Translations under genes and position numbers: made by a program
Assembly (NCBI GenBank): GCA_034521595.1
Contig: JAXHMG010000003.1
Location: 672,001 to 736,000, forward strand
Length of the DNA: 64,000 nucleotides
Direction: 5' to 3'
From: Gemmatimonadota bacterium
GTDB lineage: Bacteria; Gemmatimonadota; Gemmatimonadetes; Longimicrobiales; Gaopeijiaceae
Shown here: piece by piece, positions 38,743 to 49,002 of the stretch
Numbering within the stretch: position 1 is the stretch's first letter
Layout: each line of letters begins with the position of its first letter
The notes under the pieces: generated by a model
What the model saw: the letters and a program-made list of their open reading frames with translations, nothing else
What the model was told of the DNA's origin: nothing
The model's database searches: none

Positions 38743-38756
38743 GCAAGCCGCGTACC
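38743..38756 (-). promoter_or_regulatory. Sigma54-type -24/-12 promoter
   Basis: Minus strand GGTACGCGGCTTGC = GG-N10-GC with TTGC, about 120 nt upstream of the lipoprotein ATG. Confidence 0.55.
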
Positions 38757-39005
38757 GGCCCATCGAGGGTGGCCCCATCCCTGTCGCACGGGGGCGGCCG
38801 AAGCGGAGCGCAGGCGATGGATCCCACGACGGGAAGGGGACCGCGCAAGGCGCGTAAGTGGCAAGTTCTCGGTAGGTTGCGCGGTGGCCGGCGGTCGCCC
38901 GTCGCGAGGACGGCGCCGGCCTCGCGGCCGGACCCGGGACTTCGAGCGGCCGGGTCGGGGCGTTATTTTTCACGACCATCCCTCTCTCATTCGGCACTCC
39001 TTTCC

Positions 39006-40808
39006 GTGCAAATTGCCCACATCCGAAACTTCTGCATCGTCGCGCACATCGACCACGGCAAGTCGACGCTCGCGGACCGGCTGCTGGAGCGGACCAGCAC
39101 GTTGGACGAGCGACGCATGCGTGAGCAGGTCCTGGACGATAACGCCCTCGAGCGTGAGCGGGGCATCACCATCAAGCTCCACGCCGTGCGGATGGCGTAC
39201 AAGGCGGGAGACGGCCGGGAATACGAGCTGAACCTGATCGACACCCCGGGGCACGTGGACTTCACGTACGAGGTCTCACGGTCGCTGGCCGCCTGCGAGG
39301 GGGCCATCCTGGTCGTAGACGCAACCCAGGGCGTGCAGGCGCAGACCCTCTCGAACCTCTTTCTCGCGCTCGATGCCGACCTGGAGATCATCCCGGTCCT
39401 GAACAAGACCGACCTGCCGGGCGCGGAGCCGGAGCGCCGCACCGAAGAGCTCGTCGATCTCCTGGGGATCGAGCCCGATTCGGTGCTCCTCGCGAGCGCG
39501 AAGGACGGCGTGGGCATCGAGGAGATCCTGGAAGCGGTCGTGGCCCGTGTCCCGCCCCCCGGTGGAGATCCGGACGCCCCACTGCGGGCACTCATCTTCG
39601 ATTCATACTACGACAAGTACCTGGGTGCCGTCCCCTCCGTGCGCGTGGTGGACGGCACGTTGCGTTCGGGGATGCGGATCGCGTTCGGTAACGCCGAAGC
39701 GCACTACGAGGTTTCCGAGGTCGGGTACTTGCGGCTCGGGCGCATACCTGTGGAGGATCTCGGTCCCGGAGAGGTCGGCTACGTCGTTGCCGCCATCAAA
39801 GGGGTCGGAGACACCAAGGTCGGTGATACCCTGCTCGACCCGGACAACCGCCCGGACGAGTTGTTGCCCGGATATCAGGAAGCTCGCCCGATGGTGTTCG
39901 CCGGTCTGTATCCGACGGATGGCGAGGACTACGAGCTCCTGCGGGACGCGCTCGAGCGGCTCAAGCTCAACGACGCCAGCCTTCAGTACGAGCCCGAGAA
40001 CTCCGTCGCGCTGGGCTTCGGCTTTCGTTGCGGCTTTTTGGGGCTCCTCCACATGGAGATCGTGCAGGAGCGGCTGGACCGCGAGTTCGGTGTCGAGCTC
40101 ATCACGACCGTCCCGAACGTGGAGTACCACGTGGAGTTGACCGACGGGACGGAGCTGGACATCGAGAGCCCGACGGCGTTACCCGATCCCGGTAAGGTCG
40201 AGCGGATTGCCGAGCCGATCGTGCGGGCACGCATCCTGTGTCCTTCAGACTACATCGGTAACGTCCAGAAGCTCTGCCATGACCGTCGCGGCGTATTCCG
40301 GGACATGAGCTACCCGGACCCGCAGCAGGTCGAGCTCGACTTCGAGCTCCCGCTCTCGGAGATCGTGTTGGATTTCTACGACCGGCTGAAGAGCGGCACG
40401 CGCGGCTATGCGTCGTTGGACTACGAGTTCCTGGAATACCGGGAAGCCGATCTCGTCCGTCTCGACATCCTGATGAACGGTGACCCGATCGATGCCTTCA
40501 GCGTGATCATTCACAGGGACAAGGCGTACGACTACGGGCGAGATCTGGTCAACAGGCTGAAGGAGCTCATCCCGAGGCAGCAGTTCCAGGTGGCGCTCCA
40601 GGCCGCGATCGGGAACAACGTGATCGCCCGAAGCACCGTTCAGGCGCTGCGCAAGAACGTCACGGCCAAATGCTACGGCGGAGACGTGAGCCGGAAGCGG
40701 AAGCTCCTGGAGAAGCAGCGGGAGGGGAAGAGGCGTATGAAAGCCGTGGGCTCAGTGGAGATCCCTCAGGAGGCGTTCCTCGCCGTGCTGAACTTGAGCT
40801 CGGATTGA
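39006..40808 (+). CDS. lepA: Elongation factor 4
   Basis: [55 protein letters not shown] start. Confidence 0.97.
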   Translation: MQIAHIRNFCIVAHIDHGKSTLADRLLERTSTLDERRMREQVLDDNALERERGITIKLHAVRMAYKAGDGREYELNLIDTPGHVDFTYEVSRSLAACEGAILVVDATQGVQAQTLSNLFLALDADLEIIPVLNKTDLPGAEPERRTEELVDLLGIEPDSVLLASAKDGVGIEEILEAVVARVPPPGGDPDAPLRALIFDSYYDKYLGAVPSVRVVDGTLRSGMRIAFGNAEAHYEVSEVGYLRLGRIPVEDLGPGEVGYVVAAIKGVGDTKVGDTLLDPDNRPDELLPGYQEARPMVFAGLYPTDGEDYELLRDALERLKLNDASLQYEPENSVALGFGFRCGFLGLLHMEIVQERLDREFGVELITTVPNVEYHVELTDGTELDIESPTALPDPGKVERIAEPIVRARILCPSDYIGNVQKLCHDRRGVFRDMSYPDPQQVELDFELPLSEIVLDFYDRLKSGTRGYASLDYEFLEYREADLVRLDILMNGDPIDAFSVIIHRDKAYDYGRDLVNRLKELIPRQQFQVALQAAIGNNVIARSTVQALRKNVTAKCYGGDVSRKRKLLEKQREGKRRMKAVGSVEIPQEAFLAVLNLSSD

Positions 40809-40809
40809 C

Positions 40810-41808
40810 GTGACGCACACGGTCGTCCGCGCGCCGAACCACCTCGGAGACGTCGTTCTCGCGCTGCCGGCGCTCGTCGCGGACGGAGCCGACGTGCTCG
40901 TGGTGCGGGCGCTCGCGCCGATCCTCGCCATGGGCATCGGGCCGGAGCGCGTGATCCCGTTCGACCGCGGATTCCTCGGGTGGAAGCGTGCCGTGACCGG
41001 GTTGCGCAGCGCCGCATACGACTCGGCGGTGCTCATGACGCCGTCGTTTTCGGCGGCGTGGATGATGCGGTGGGGCGGTGTGCGCTGGCTGCGCGGGACC
41101 GCCACCGACGGCCGTAGTTGGATGCTGCGGGAGCGCATCGATCCGGCCGAGCTCCGTCCGCTCCACCGCATCAACCAGTATCGCCTCATCCTGGGTCAGG
41201 ACGCTTCGCTCCCCGCCCGTTCTCACCGCCTCGAAGTGCCCGCGGCGCTGCGGGAGCGTTGGGCGGACGCGCTGCGGGTGGACGGAGGGCGCCTCATCGG
41301 GCTCTTCCCGGGCGCCAACGCCCCGGCCCGGCGGTGGCCGGTGGATGGGTTCGCCGAGCTCGCCCGGACTCGTCTGGATCAGGGCGATCGTGTGATCGTG
41401 ATCGGGGGGCCCGGAGAGCGTGAGGTCACGGCCCGCGTCGCTTCCGCGGCACCGGGCGCCGAAGATCTCGGCGGACGCACCGGGATCGACGATCTGGCCG
41501 GTGTGCTCTCGGTTCTGGATCTTCTCGTCACGAACGACACCGGACCCATGCATCTCGCGGGAGCGGTCGGGACGCCTACCGTGAGCCTGTGGGGATCGTC
41601 CGACCCGCGCGAAGTACGTCAGACGGGCGCTCCGGATTTCGGGGTGACGGGTCCGGAGCTCCCGTGCAAGCCCTGTTACCGGAATCACTGTTCGAGGCGC
41701 GGGCCGGGCACGCTACTCCCCGAAGCCCACGAAGAATGCATGCGGCTCATCACGGTGGAACAGGTCACCGAGGCCACGGAGCGAGCCGTGAGCGAGGTCG
41801 GCCGGTGA
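40810..41808 (+). CDS. waaF: GT9 LPS heptosyltransferase II-like
   Basis: RAPNHLGDVV, PGA..ARRWP, TNDTGPMHLA, CKPC. Confidence 0.82.
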   Translation: MTHTVVRAPNHLGDVVLALPALVADGADVLVVRALAPILAMGIGPERVIPFDRGFLGWKRAVTGLRSAAYDSAVLMTPSFSAAWMMRWGGVRWLRGTATDGRSWMLRERIDPAELRPLHRINQYRLILGQDASLPARSHRLEVPAALRERWADALRVDGGRLIGLFPGANAPARRWPVDGFAELARTRLDQGDRVIVIGGPGEREVTARVASAAPGAEDLGGRTGIDDLAGVLSVLDLLVTNDTGPMHLAGAVGTPTVSLWGSSDPREVRQTGAPDFGVTGPELPCKPCYRNHCSRRGPGTLLPEAHEECMRLITVEQVTEATERAVSEVGR

Positions 41809-42803
41809 GCGGGCGGTGGGTCGTCGGGGTCGACATCGGCGGCACCAACCTGGTCGTAGGCGTCGTACCGCTGACCGGAGGTGCCCCCGAGAGCCTGCGG
41901 AGCGGCCCGACCCGAGTGGCGGATGGTCCCGACGCGGCCGTGATGGATATCGCGCGAATGGCCGAATCGGCGATCACCGAGACACTCGAGCGACAGGGGG
42001 GCACGCGTGACGACGTCATCGGGGTCGGCATCGGCTGTCCGGGGCCGCTCGACCTGGCGCGCGGCGTGGTGGTGAGAACGCCCAACCTCGGCTGGGCCGA
42101 CTATCCCGTCCGGGACCGGATATCGGAGGCGCTCGAGCTCCCCGCTACGCTGGACAACGACGCGAATTGTGCAACGTACGGGGAGTGGTGGATGGGGGCC
42201 GGCCGCGGCGTCAGCTCGCTCGTCGGGATCACGTTGGGGACCGGCATCGGGGGTGGGGTCATCCTCGACGGACAGCTCGTGCGGGGTGCCTCCGGATGTG
42301 CGGGAGAGATCGGGCACATGAGCATCGACCTGAACGGGCGGCGATGTGCCTGTGGAAATCTCGGATGCCTGGAGGCCTACGCTTCCGGACCGAACATCGC
42401 CGCCCGGGCCAAGCAGGGTGTGGAGGCGGGCCGTTCCTCTTGCATTCCCGACCTCGTAGATGGTGACCTCTCGCGGGTCACCGCCCGGACCGTGTACGAG
42501 GCTATCCTGGCCGGGGATGAGCACGCTCGCGAGGTCATGGCGGAGACCGCGAAGTTCCTCGGGGCGGGCATCGCCAATGTCGTCAACGTGCTGAACCCCG
42601 AGCGTGTGGTCGTGGTGGGTGGAGTGACGCGGGCCGGAGAGCACCTGTTCGGTCCACTGCGCTCGGAGATCCGCCAGCGTGCGTTCGATGCGGCGGCGCG
42701 GGCTTGCACGATCGTTCCGGGTGAGCTTCCGGATACTTCCGGCGTGATCGGAGCGGTCGGGGTCTTCGCTGAGGAGACGTCCGAACGTGAGGTGGGTTCA
42801 TGA
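41805..42803 (+). CDS. ROK-family sugar kinase (glucokinase-like)
   Basis: GVDIGGT, NDAN, GTGIGGG, GEIGH, CACGNLGCLEAYAS. Confidence 0.92.
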   Translation: MSGRWVVGVDIGGTNLVVGVVPLTGGAPESLRSGPTRVADGPDAAVMDIARMAESAITETLERQGGTRDDVIGVGIGCPGPLDLARGVVVRTPNLGWADYPVRDRISEALELPATLDNDANCATYGEWWMGAGRGVSSLVGITLGTGIGGGVILDGQLVRGASGCAGEIGHMSIDLNGRRCACGNLGCLEAYASGPNIAARAKQGVEAGRSSCIPDLVDGDLSRVTARTVYEAILAGDEHAREVMAETAKFLGAGIANVVNVLNPERVVVVGGVTRAGEHLFGPLRSEIRQRAFDAAARACTIVPGELPDTSGVIGAVGVFAEETSEREVGS

Positions 42804-43804
42804 CGGAACGGGACGACTCGACCGGGCGGGTGCTGGGTGTGATCGGCACCCTCGTCTGGGATCGCATATACGACCGTGACGGCCGTTCCGCGCCGGTGGA
42901 AGAGTGGGGCGGCATCACATACGCGCTTCAGGCCGTGAGCGCGGCTTTGCCCGAGGGCTGGCGGATCCTCCCCATCCTGAAGGTCGGGCGTGATCTCGCC
43001 GAAGAGGGGCGGCGGTTCCTGCTGGAGATTCCCCGGGTGGACGCGGATGCGGTCGTCGTGGTTCCGGAGGCCAACAACCGGGTGGAGCTGCGCTACCGAG
43101 ACGGGGGACGGCGCACGGAACAGCTCGAGGGGGGCGTGCCGCCGTGGTCTTGGCCCGAGCTGTCACCCCTGACCGAGCTCTGTGATGCCCTCTACGTGAA
43201 CTTCATCTCGGGGTTCGAGATGGAGCTCGGGACGGCCCGTGCTTTGCGCGTGGGATATGGTGGCCCCATGTACGCCGACCTTCATTCGCTCTTTCTCGAG
43301 ATGGCACCGTCGGGGATGCGCATCCCGCGGCCGCTGGAGGCTTGGGCTAGCTGGCTCCGGTGCTTCGACGCCGTGCAGATGAACGAGGACGAATTCGACA
43401 TGCTCGGAGATACGGGCGATCCTTGGCGTCTGGCCGCGGATGCGATGGGGCCGGATCTCGAGCTGCTCATGGTGACCCTCGGTGACCGCGGAGCCGCGTA
43501 CGTCGTGAGCGAGAGCTTCGCGCCCGATCCCATGACCTGGAGAGCCGGTGAGACGCTGGCGCGGACACCGAGATCGCGGAGCGGGCGCGTGTCCGTGGAG
43601 TACCCGGTGAGCACCGGCGACCCCACCGGCTGTGGAGATGTTTGGGGTGGTGCCGTTTTCGCCCGGCTCTTGGCCGGTGATGGGTTGGATGAGGCCATGA
43701 GCGAAGCGAATCGGCTGGCGGCGCTGAATGCGGCGCACCGGGGCGCACGAGGGCTGTTTCGGCACCTGACGGGCCGGCTTTCCTACATCGAGGAGCGCTC
43801 GTGA
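42800..43804 (+). CDS. PfkB-family carbohydrate kinase
   Basis: QMNEDE, VTLGDRG, DPTGCGDVWG. Confidence 0.8.
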   Translation: MTERDDSTGRVLGVIGTLVWDRIYDRDGRSAPVEEWGGITYALQAVSAALPEGWRILPILKVGRDLAEEGRRFLLEIPRVDADAVVVVPEANNRVELRYRDGGRRTEQLEGGVPPWSWPELSPLTELCDALYVNFISGFEMELGTARALRVGYGGPMYADLHSLFLEMAPSGMRIPRPLEAWASWLRCFDAVQMNEDEFDMLGDTGDPWRLAADAMGPDLELLMVTLGDRGAAYVVSESFAPDPMTWRAGETLARTPRSRSGRVSVEYPVSTGDPTGCGDVWGGAVFARLLAGDGLDEAMSEANRLAALNAAHRGARGLFRHLTGRLSYIEERS

Positions 43805-44688
43805 ACGTCGTTCCGGTTCCCGATTCACTCGATCAGCAAACCGTCGACGAGTTCTTCGACGACGTCGCGCGCGCGGAGGTCGGAAAGACGTTGTTCGATG
43901 CGCGGCACGTGCGGTGGGTCGACCCCAACGGGATGGTGGCGCTGCTGGTCGCCGGGACGCTCGTGGCCCGACGCGTGGGCGAGCGCCCGAGGCTCGAGCC
44001 GCCGGAGAATGTCGATGTGGGTGGCTACCTGTCGCGAATGGGCTTCTTCGAAGAGGCGCGCGGGATCTTCGGACTGCCGGAGAAGGCGGCGCGGCGCTCG
44101 GGGGCCGGGAGCTCGGATGTCCTGTTGGAGATCACACGCGTCGCCGCGAACGCGGATGTCCACGCCGTCGTGGACCGTGTGCAGCGCGGAGCGGGGGAGA
44201 TCCTCTCCTCCCGCCTCGGGTATCCGTCGAGCGCCGTCGTCCAGTTTTCCGTCATCCTCTCGGAGGTGTGCCAGAACATCCTGGAGCATGCGGACGCGGA
44301 AGGATGGGTGGCGGCCCAGGCCTACAACTGGGCGAGGAGGCTCGGGAGGCACGTGGTGGTGATCTCGGTGATGGATGTGGGCCGGGGATTCCGGAGCTCG
44401 CTCGGCGATCAGCACTCGACGCGCTACGGAGATCGTTGGGGGGACGCGACCGCTCTGGAGGCCGCTTTCCTCCACGGCCTCACCCGATTCCCGGATTCGG
44501 GGCGTGGGCAGGGCATTCAGCAGATCCGTCGACAGGTTCAGCGGTGGAACGGAGCCATCTCGCTGCGGAGTGGAACCGCTCGCATTGCCCAGGTACCCAC
44601 GTGGGACGACAGTCCGCCCATGATCGAGCAGCTCGAGCCCTTTCCGGGGGCGCAGATCGGGATCGTTCTGCCCGCGCGGGAAGGATGA
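43801..44688 (+). CDS. STAS-like + HATPase_c (anti-sigma kinase-like) protein
   Basis: FDARHVRWVDPNG; EVCQNILEH (N-box), DVGRGF (G1), GRGQG (G2). Confidence 0.75.
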   Translation: MNVVPVPDSLDQQTVDEFFDDVARAEVGKTLFDARHVRWVDPNGMVALLVAGTLVARRVGERPRLEPPENVDVGGYLSRMGFFEEARGIFGLPEKAARRSGAGSSDVLLEITRVAANADVHAVVDRVQRGAGEILSSRLGYPSSAVVQFSVILSEVCQNILEHADAEGWVAAQAYNWARRLGRHVVVISVMDVGRGFRSSLGDQHSTRYGDRWGDATALEAAFLHGLTRFPDSGRGQGIQQIRRQVQRWNGAISLRSGTARIAQVPTWDDSPPMIEQLEPFPGAQIGIVLPAREG

Positions 44689-45272
44689 GCGACCTTCCGC
44701 TCGATCCGATCGCGATCGACGTGGGGCGGGTGCTCCAGCACACCGAGACCTCGCTCTGCGCGAACCTGGTGACCCGCCCGACCGGGCGGGCCGTGCGCGT
44801 CGCGATCGAAACCCGGCTGCGGACCGCGGGCGCGTCCTCGCTCTCCCTGATCGATTTCTCCGAGGTCCGGATTCTCGATTTTTCCTGTGCGGACGAAGTC
44901 GTCGCGAAGCTCTTGCAACGGTACGTGGATCCGACCGGACCGGAGGCTTTCTTCGTCTTTCGGGGGATCCACGAGCCACATCGGGACCAGGTGGAGTACG
45001 TTCTGCGGCGTCAGGGTCTCCTCGCGGTGGCGGAGACGGCCCCGTCGCGCTTCGAGCTTCTGGGCGACCGCACGGGTCCGGAGGAGCGTGTATGGGGCGG
45101 CTTGGAGCGGCTCGGCCTTGTGCCGCCGCCGCTCGTGCGGGAGGCCGCAGGGTCGGTGCCGCAGCTCGACTCCCAAGTATTGGAGGCCCTGGTACGACGT
45201 CGGGTGGCGTTCCGAAGCCCCGTGTCGGGTCGTATCCATGCGCTGAGCCAGCTCGTGCGGCACCTTTTGTGA
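44685..45272 (+). CDS. STAS-like domain protein with C-terminal winged-helix-like region
   Basis: LVTRPTG..LIDFSEVRILDFSCADEVV; ATGA-coupled to upstream gene. Confidence 0.7.
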   Translation: MSDLPLDPIAIDVGRVLQHTETSLCANLVTRPTGRAVRVAIETRLRTAGASSLSLIDFSEVRILDFSCADEVVAKLLQRYVDPTGPEAFFVFRGIHEPHRDQVEYVLRRQGLLAVAETAPSRFELLGDRTGPEERVWGGLERLGLVPPPLVREAAGSVPQLDSQVLEALVRRRVAFRSPVSGRIHALSQLVRHLL

Positions 45273-45321
45273 TGCGGCGCTCCGCGCCACCGATCAACTA
45301 CGAGTTCACGAGGAAGGATGC

Positions 45322-46473
45322 ATGACCAGAGAGCTGCGGCCGGCCACCCTGGCCATCCATGAGGGAGAAGGCGCGCGCGCACCCGGTGCTCCAGTGGCGC
45401 CTCCCATCGTGCAAAGCGCCACGTTCATGTGGTCCGAGCCCGACGACGGGGAGCTTCTGTACAGCCGCTATGGCAACAATCCGAACCAGAGGCAAGTCGC
45501 CCGGAAAGTCGCGTCGCTGGAGGGTTTGGAAGCCTCGGCGGCGCTGGGGAGTGGGATGGCCGCCACGGCCATGACGTTCCTGGCCCTCCTCGATGCGGGG
45601 GATCACGTGGTCGCGTCGTCTCACCTCTACGGTGCGACGCGGACGCTGCTGGCTTCCGAGCTTCCGCGTCGTGGGATCGACACCACCTTCGTCGACCCTT
45701 TCGAGGAAGACTGGGCCGGTGCCGTGGAGCCGCGTACCCGGGTGATCTTTCTGGAGATGCCGACCAACCCGACGCTTCGCATTCCGGATCCGCGGCCCGT
45801 CGTGGCATTGGCGAAGGAACGGGGCCTCACCGTGGTGTGCGATGCCACTTTCGCATCTCCCGTGAATTTCCGTGCTTCGTCCTCGGGGATCGACATCGTG
45901 ATCCAGAGTGCGACGAAGTATTTGGGAGGTCACTCGGACTTGATCGCGGGCGTCGTCTCCGGTCCCGGGCACGTCGTCGAGCGCATCGAGGCGATGGCCC
46001 ATCTCTACGGTCCCGCGCTCGACCCTCACGCGGCGTGGCTGCTGGACCGGGGGCTCCGAACGTTGGAGGTCCGGGTGGAGCGCCACAACCGTAACGCGAT
46101 GGAGCTCGCTCGCTGGCTCGAGGGGCGGGAGGAAGTCTCGCGCGTCGTCTATCCGGGCTTGCCATCGCATCCCGACCACGAAACGGCGCGAACCCTGTTC
46201 AACGGATTCGGTGGCATGGTGGGAATCGTGCTCGACGGGGGAGCCGATGCCGCCGACGCGCTCATGCGGCGGCTCGAGCTCGCGTTTCCCGCGCCGAGTC
46301 TGGGGGGCGTGGAGACTTTGGTCTCACAGCCGAGGCACACATCCCATCGTTCGATGACGTCCGCCGAGAGGGCGGCTCAAGGAATACCCGACGGGTTCGT
46401 GCGGATCAGCGTGGGGCTCGAGGATCCGAGAGACCTCAGCGCGGATCTCGAGCAGGCATTACGGGGAGGCTGA
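45322..46473 (+). CDS. Trans-sulfuration PLP enzyme (cystathionine gamma-synthase/methionine gamma-lyase family)
   Basis: YSRYGNNP, SGMAA, SATKYLGGHSD, SLGGVETL. Confidence 0.9.
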   Translation: MTRELRPATLAIHEGEGARAPGAPVAPPIVQSATFMWSEPDDGELLYSRYGNNPNQRQVARKVASLEGLEASAALGSGMAATAMTFLALLDAGDHVVASSHLYGATRTLLASELPRRGIDTTFVDPFEEDWAGAVEPRTRVIFLEMPTNPTLRIPDPRPVVALAKERGLTVVCDATFASPVNFRASSSGIDIVIQSATKYLGGHSDLIAGVVSGPGHVVERIEAMAHLYGPALDPHAAWLLDRGLRTLEVRVERHNRNAMELARWLEGREEVSRVVYPGLPSHPDHETARTLFNGFGGMVGIVLDGGADAADALMRRLELAFPAPSLGGVETLVSQPRHTSHRSMTSAERAAQGIPDGFVRISVGLEDPRDLSADLEQALRGG

Positions 46474-46500
46474 GCTCGGCGTCGGTTGACGCGACGTCCG

Positions 46501-46693
46501 CCGCTCGCGTACCTTCGACCGGCTCCCCCGGAGACGACACGGCACCGATCGCTGAGGCGCGAGCGGTGTCGTGCGAGTCAAGCCGTCGGGGGCGTGTGAA
46601 TCCTGTCCGATTTCCATGCGGACGCTGAAGGAAGGCATCGAGCGCCGGCTCAAGGAGTCGGTGCCTCAAGTCTCGTCCGTCGAGGCAACCTAG
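46501..46693 (+). pseudogene. Degenerate NifU-C (NfuA-like) remnant
   Basis: 46562-46693 reads SGVVRVKPSGACESCPISMRTLKEGIERRLKESVPQVSSVEAT*; in-frame TGA at 46553; LAYLRPA in another frame upstream. Confidence 0.65.
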
Positions 46694-46724
46694 ACCTTCC
46701 CGCGTCCGCTTACCGGTTCCAATC

Positions 46725-47840
46725 ATGAATGTCGACGAGCTGAAGCGCTCGGTTACCTCCACGCTGTCCCGTATCCCACATCCGGGTTCCGGCAAAGACC
46801 TGATTTCCGGAGGGCACGTCGAGGATTTGGAGGTCGATGACGCGGGGTCGGTCCGATTCAGCTTCTCCCTGGGGCCGGAGGACTCCGGCGACCTGGTGAA
46901 GCAGGCGCGGGCCGCTCTCGAAGAGCTCGACGGCGTGAGCGAGGTGAAGATCAACGTCCAGCTCCCCCAGATGGCTCCGTCGGGGGGAGGGGGGCAACAA
47001 GAGGGGGGCGGTGGGCTCAAGCCTGGCTCCGTTCCCGCGCCGACGCCGAAGCCCGGGGTCTTGTCGGAGGTCGGTCATGTCGTGGCCGTGAGCTCCGGCA
47101 AAGGGGGAGTGGGCAAATCGATGGTGGCCGCCAACGTGGCTGCCGCGCTGGCAGGGGCGGGTCTGCGCGTGGGGCTCCTCGATGCCGACATATACGGGCC
47201 GAACATACCCCTCATGTTCGGCGCCCAGGGCCGTCCCGAAGTCTCCGGCTCCAAGGGCAAGGAGATGATCGAGCCGCTGGAAGTGCATGGCGTCAGACTC
47301 ATGAGCCTCGGCTTCCTGCTCGAAGAGGATCAGCCCGCCATCATGCGAGGGCCGCTGGTCTCGGGCATCCTCAAGCAGTTCCTCGAGCAGGTCGACTGGG
47401 GGGCGCTCGACGTGATGGTCGTCGACATGCCGCCCGGGACGGGAGACGCGCAGCTTTCCCTGGTCCAGACCATCGACCTGGACGGAGCGATCATGGTCAC
47501 GACCCCTCAGAAGGTCGCCACGGGCGACGTGCGTCGGGGGGTGAAGATGTTCGAGCGGGTGAACACGCGCGTGCTCGGGATCGTGGAGAACATGAGCGGG
47601 CTGGCGTGTCCGGGGTGCGGCGAAGTCGTTGACGTGTTCGGATCGGGAGGCGGCGAGGACCTCGCCCGCACTCTCGAGCTACCGTTCCTCGGTCGCGTGC
47701 CGCTCGACCCCGCGGTTTCGCAGGCGGGAGACGGCGGTACGCCCACGGTGGCCTCGGCGCCGGAATCGCCTGCGGGCTCCGCCTTGATTGCTGTCGCACG
47801 TAAGGTGGAGGAGTCTCTCGGCGTTACCGCGCCACGCTGA
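46725..47840 (+). CDS. mrp: Mrp/ApbC Fe-S cluster carrier ATPase
   Basis: SGKGGVGKS, DADIYGP, DMPPGTGD, ENMS..CPGC. Confidence 0.93.
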   Translation: MNVDELKRSVTSTLSRIPHPGSGKDLISGGHVEDLEVDDAGSVRFSFSLGPEDSGDLVKQARAALEELDGVSEVKINVQLPQMAPSGGGGQQEGGGGLKPGSVPAPTPKPGVLSEVGHVVAVSSGKGGVGKSMVAANVAAALAGAGLRVGLLDADIYGPNIPLMFGAQGRPEVSGSKGKEMIEPLEVHGVRLMSLGFLLEEDQPAIMRGPLVSGILKQFLEQVDWGALDVMVVDMPPGTGDAQLSLVQTIDLDGAIMVTTPQKVATGDVRRGVKMFERVNTRVLGIVENMSGLACPGCGEVVDVFGSGGGEDLARTLELPFLGRVPLDPAVSQAGDGGTPTVASAPESPAGSALIAVARKVEESLGVTAPR

Positions 47841-47873
47841 CCGTCGGGAGCCGGGAGCGTCCGCCACGGGCGG

Positions 47874-48113
47874 TCAATCCCCTTCCAACCACCGGCGGTC
47901 CGAGTCCGAAAGGGCGCCATCGTCCCCCCGACTCTTCTGCACGAGCTTCACGACGACCCAACCCACCAGGAGGACGGGCGCGATCTTGAACAGCAGGAAG
48001 GTCGCGAGGCCGAACGTCAGCGAGAACACGGTGCCGATGAGCCCCAGGACGATGCCCGCCACGACGAGTGTGAGCAGGCCGACGGCAAAGAACGTGAGTA
48101 GTGAGCCTAACAT
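47874..48113 (-). CDS. Small membrane protein
   Basis: 79 aa, hydrophobic; GGAG RBS; last gene of the ECF operon. Confidence 0.75.
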   Translation of the reverse strand: MLGSLLTFFAVGLLTLVVAGIVLGLIGTVFSLTFGLATFLLFKIAPVLLVGWVVVKLVQKSRGDDGALSDSDRRWLEGD

Positions 48114-48138
48114 GGTGTTCTCCAGATCATCCTGAACG

Positions 48139-49002
48139 TCATTGAATCCAGACCACCCGAACGCTACCGAACGCTGCGTTCAGGTTGATCGTGAGCTTAC
48201 GGTCCGCTTCCTCCCAGTCCAGCGAATAGTACGAATCTCCCCGCTTGACCAGACCTTCCGGGTCGAACGAGGTGAGGAAGCTTTCTTTCCGGACCCGAAC
48301 TCCGAGGCCCTCGGGGATCCTCAACTCCAACGCCCCGACTCCCATGTCGATGCCTAAGCGGGCCTCGGTCGGCCACGCTCCCTCGAGCCCGAGCACGACC
48401 TTTCCGACACCGGCGTGGACCTCGGTTCGTTCGGCGCGGAGGTTCCCGAGGTTGGACACCGTGAAGTCGGCCGCGCCGACCTCGAACTCGGCACGGCCCA
48501 TCTGCCGTGGATTCGGTGCGGAGATATCGATCCGGGACTCCGACGCTCCGGTCGAGAGCTCGAGGTCGGTCAGGGCGAGTCCCCCGAGATCCACGTTCGC
48601 CTTGACTGCTCCGAAGTCGAGATCCAGGTCCATTGGAACCCCGCGGGCGAGCTCCAGCTCCATCGAGCCGCCGTCCTCGGAGCCGCCCCAGAAAAGCCGG
48701 TGCGTCCCCCCTTCGAGCGCGATGCGGAGCCGCTCGCCCGTGTATTCCGTGACGGGTTCGAACTTGTCCTCGTCGTACCGGAGCGCCATGCGATACAAGA
48801 CGTCGTCGTCCGTTCCCCGAAGCGAAAACGTCCCGACTCCGTAGGCGATCTCGGCGCGTAGGGGCCCGGCGCCTTCGAGCTTTCGCGACATCGTGATCTC
48901 GCGCCAGCTCTGAGCTGCCGCCTCGGCGGTCGAGGTGACCCCGACGAGTGCACAGGCCGTCAGGCCCAAGAGTAGCTTGGTCGCCTTCTTTCCCTCAAAC
49001 AT
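48139..49002 (-). CDS. Secreted beta-solenoid protein (LiaF/DUF2154/toast-rack-like)
   Basis: Signal peptide; repeated xGxGxxxLDL units (AYGVG, DFGAV, STGAS, EVGAA, HAGVG, DMGVG, AAFG). Confidence 0.65.
   Translation of the reverse strand: MFEGKKATKLLLGLTACALVGVTSTAEAAAQSWREITMSRKLEGAGPLRAEIAYGVGTFSLRGTDDDVLYRMALRYDEDKFEPVTEYTGERLRIALEGGTHRLFWGGSEDGGSMELELARGVPMDLDLDFGAVKANVDLGGLALTDLELSTGASESRIDISAPNPRQMGRAEFEVGAADFTVSNLGNLRAERTEVHAGVGKVVLGLEGAWPTEARLGIDMGVGALELRIPEGLGVRVRKESFLTSFDPEGLVKRGDSYYSLDWEEADRKLTINLNAAFGSVRVVWIQ

Noticed and set aside
38760-39005. Possible ncRNA in the intergenic region upstream of lepA
   Set aside because: GC-rich hairpins are possible, but no recognisable RNA family; more simply divergent promoter/enhancer space.
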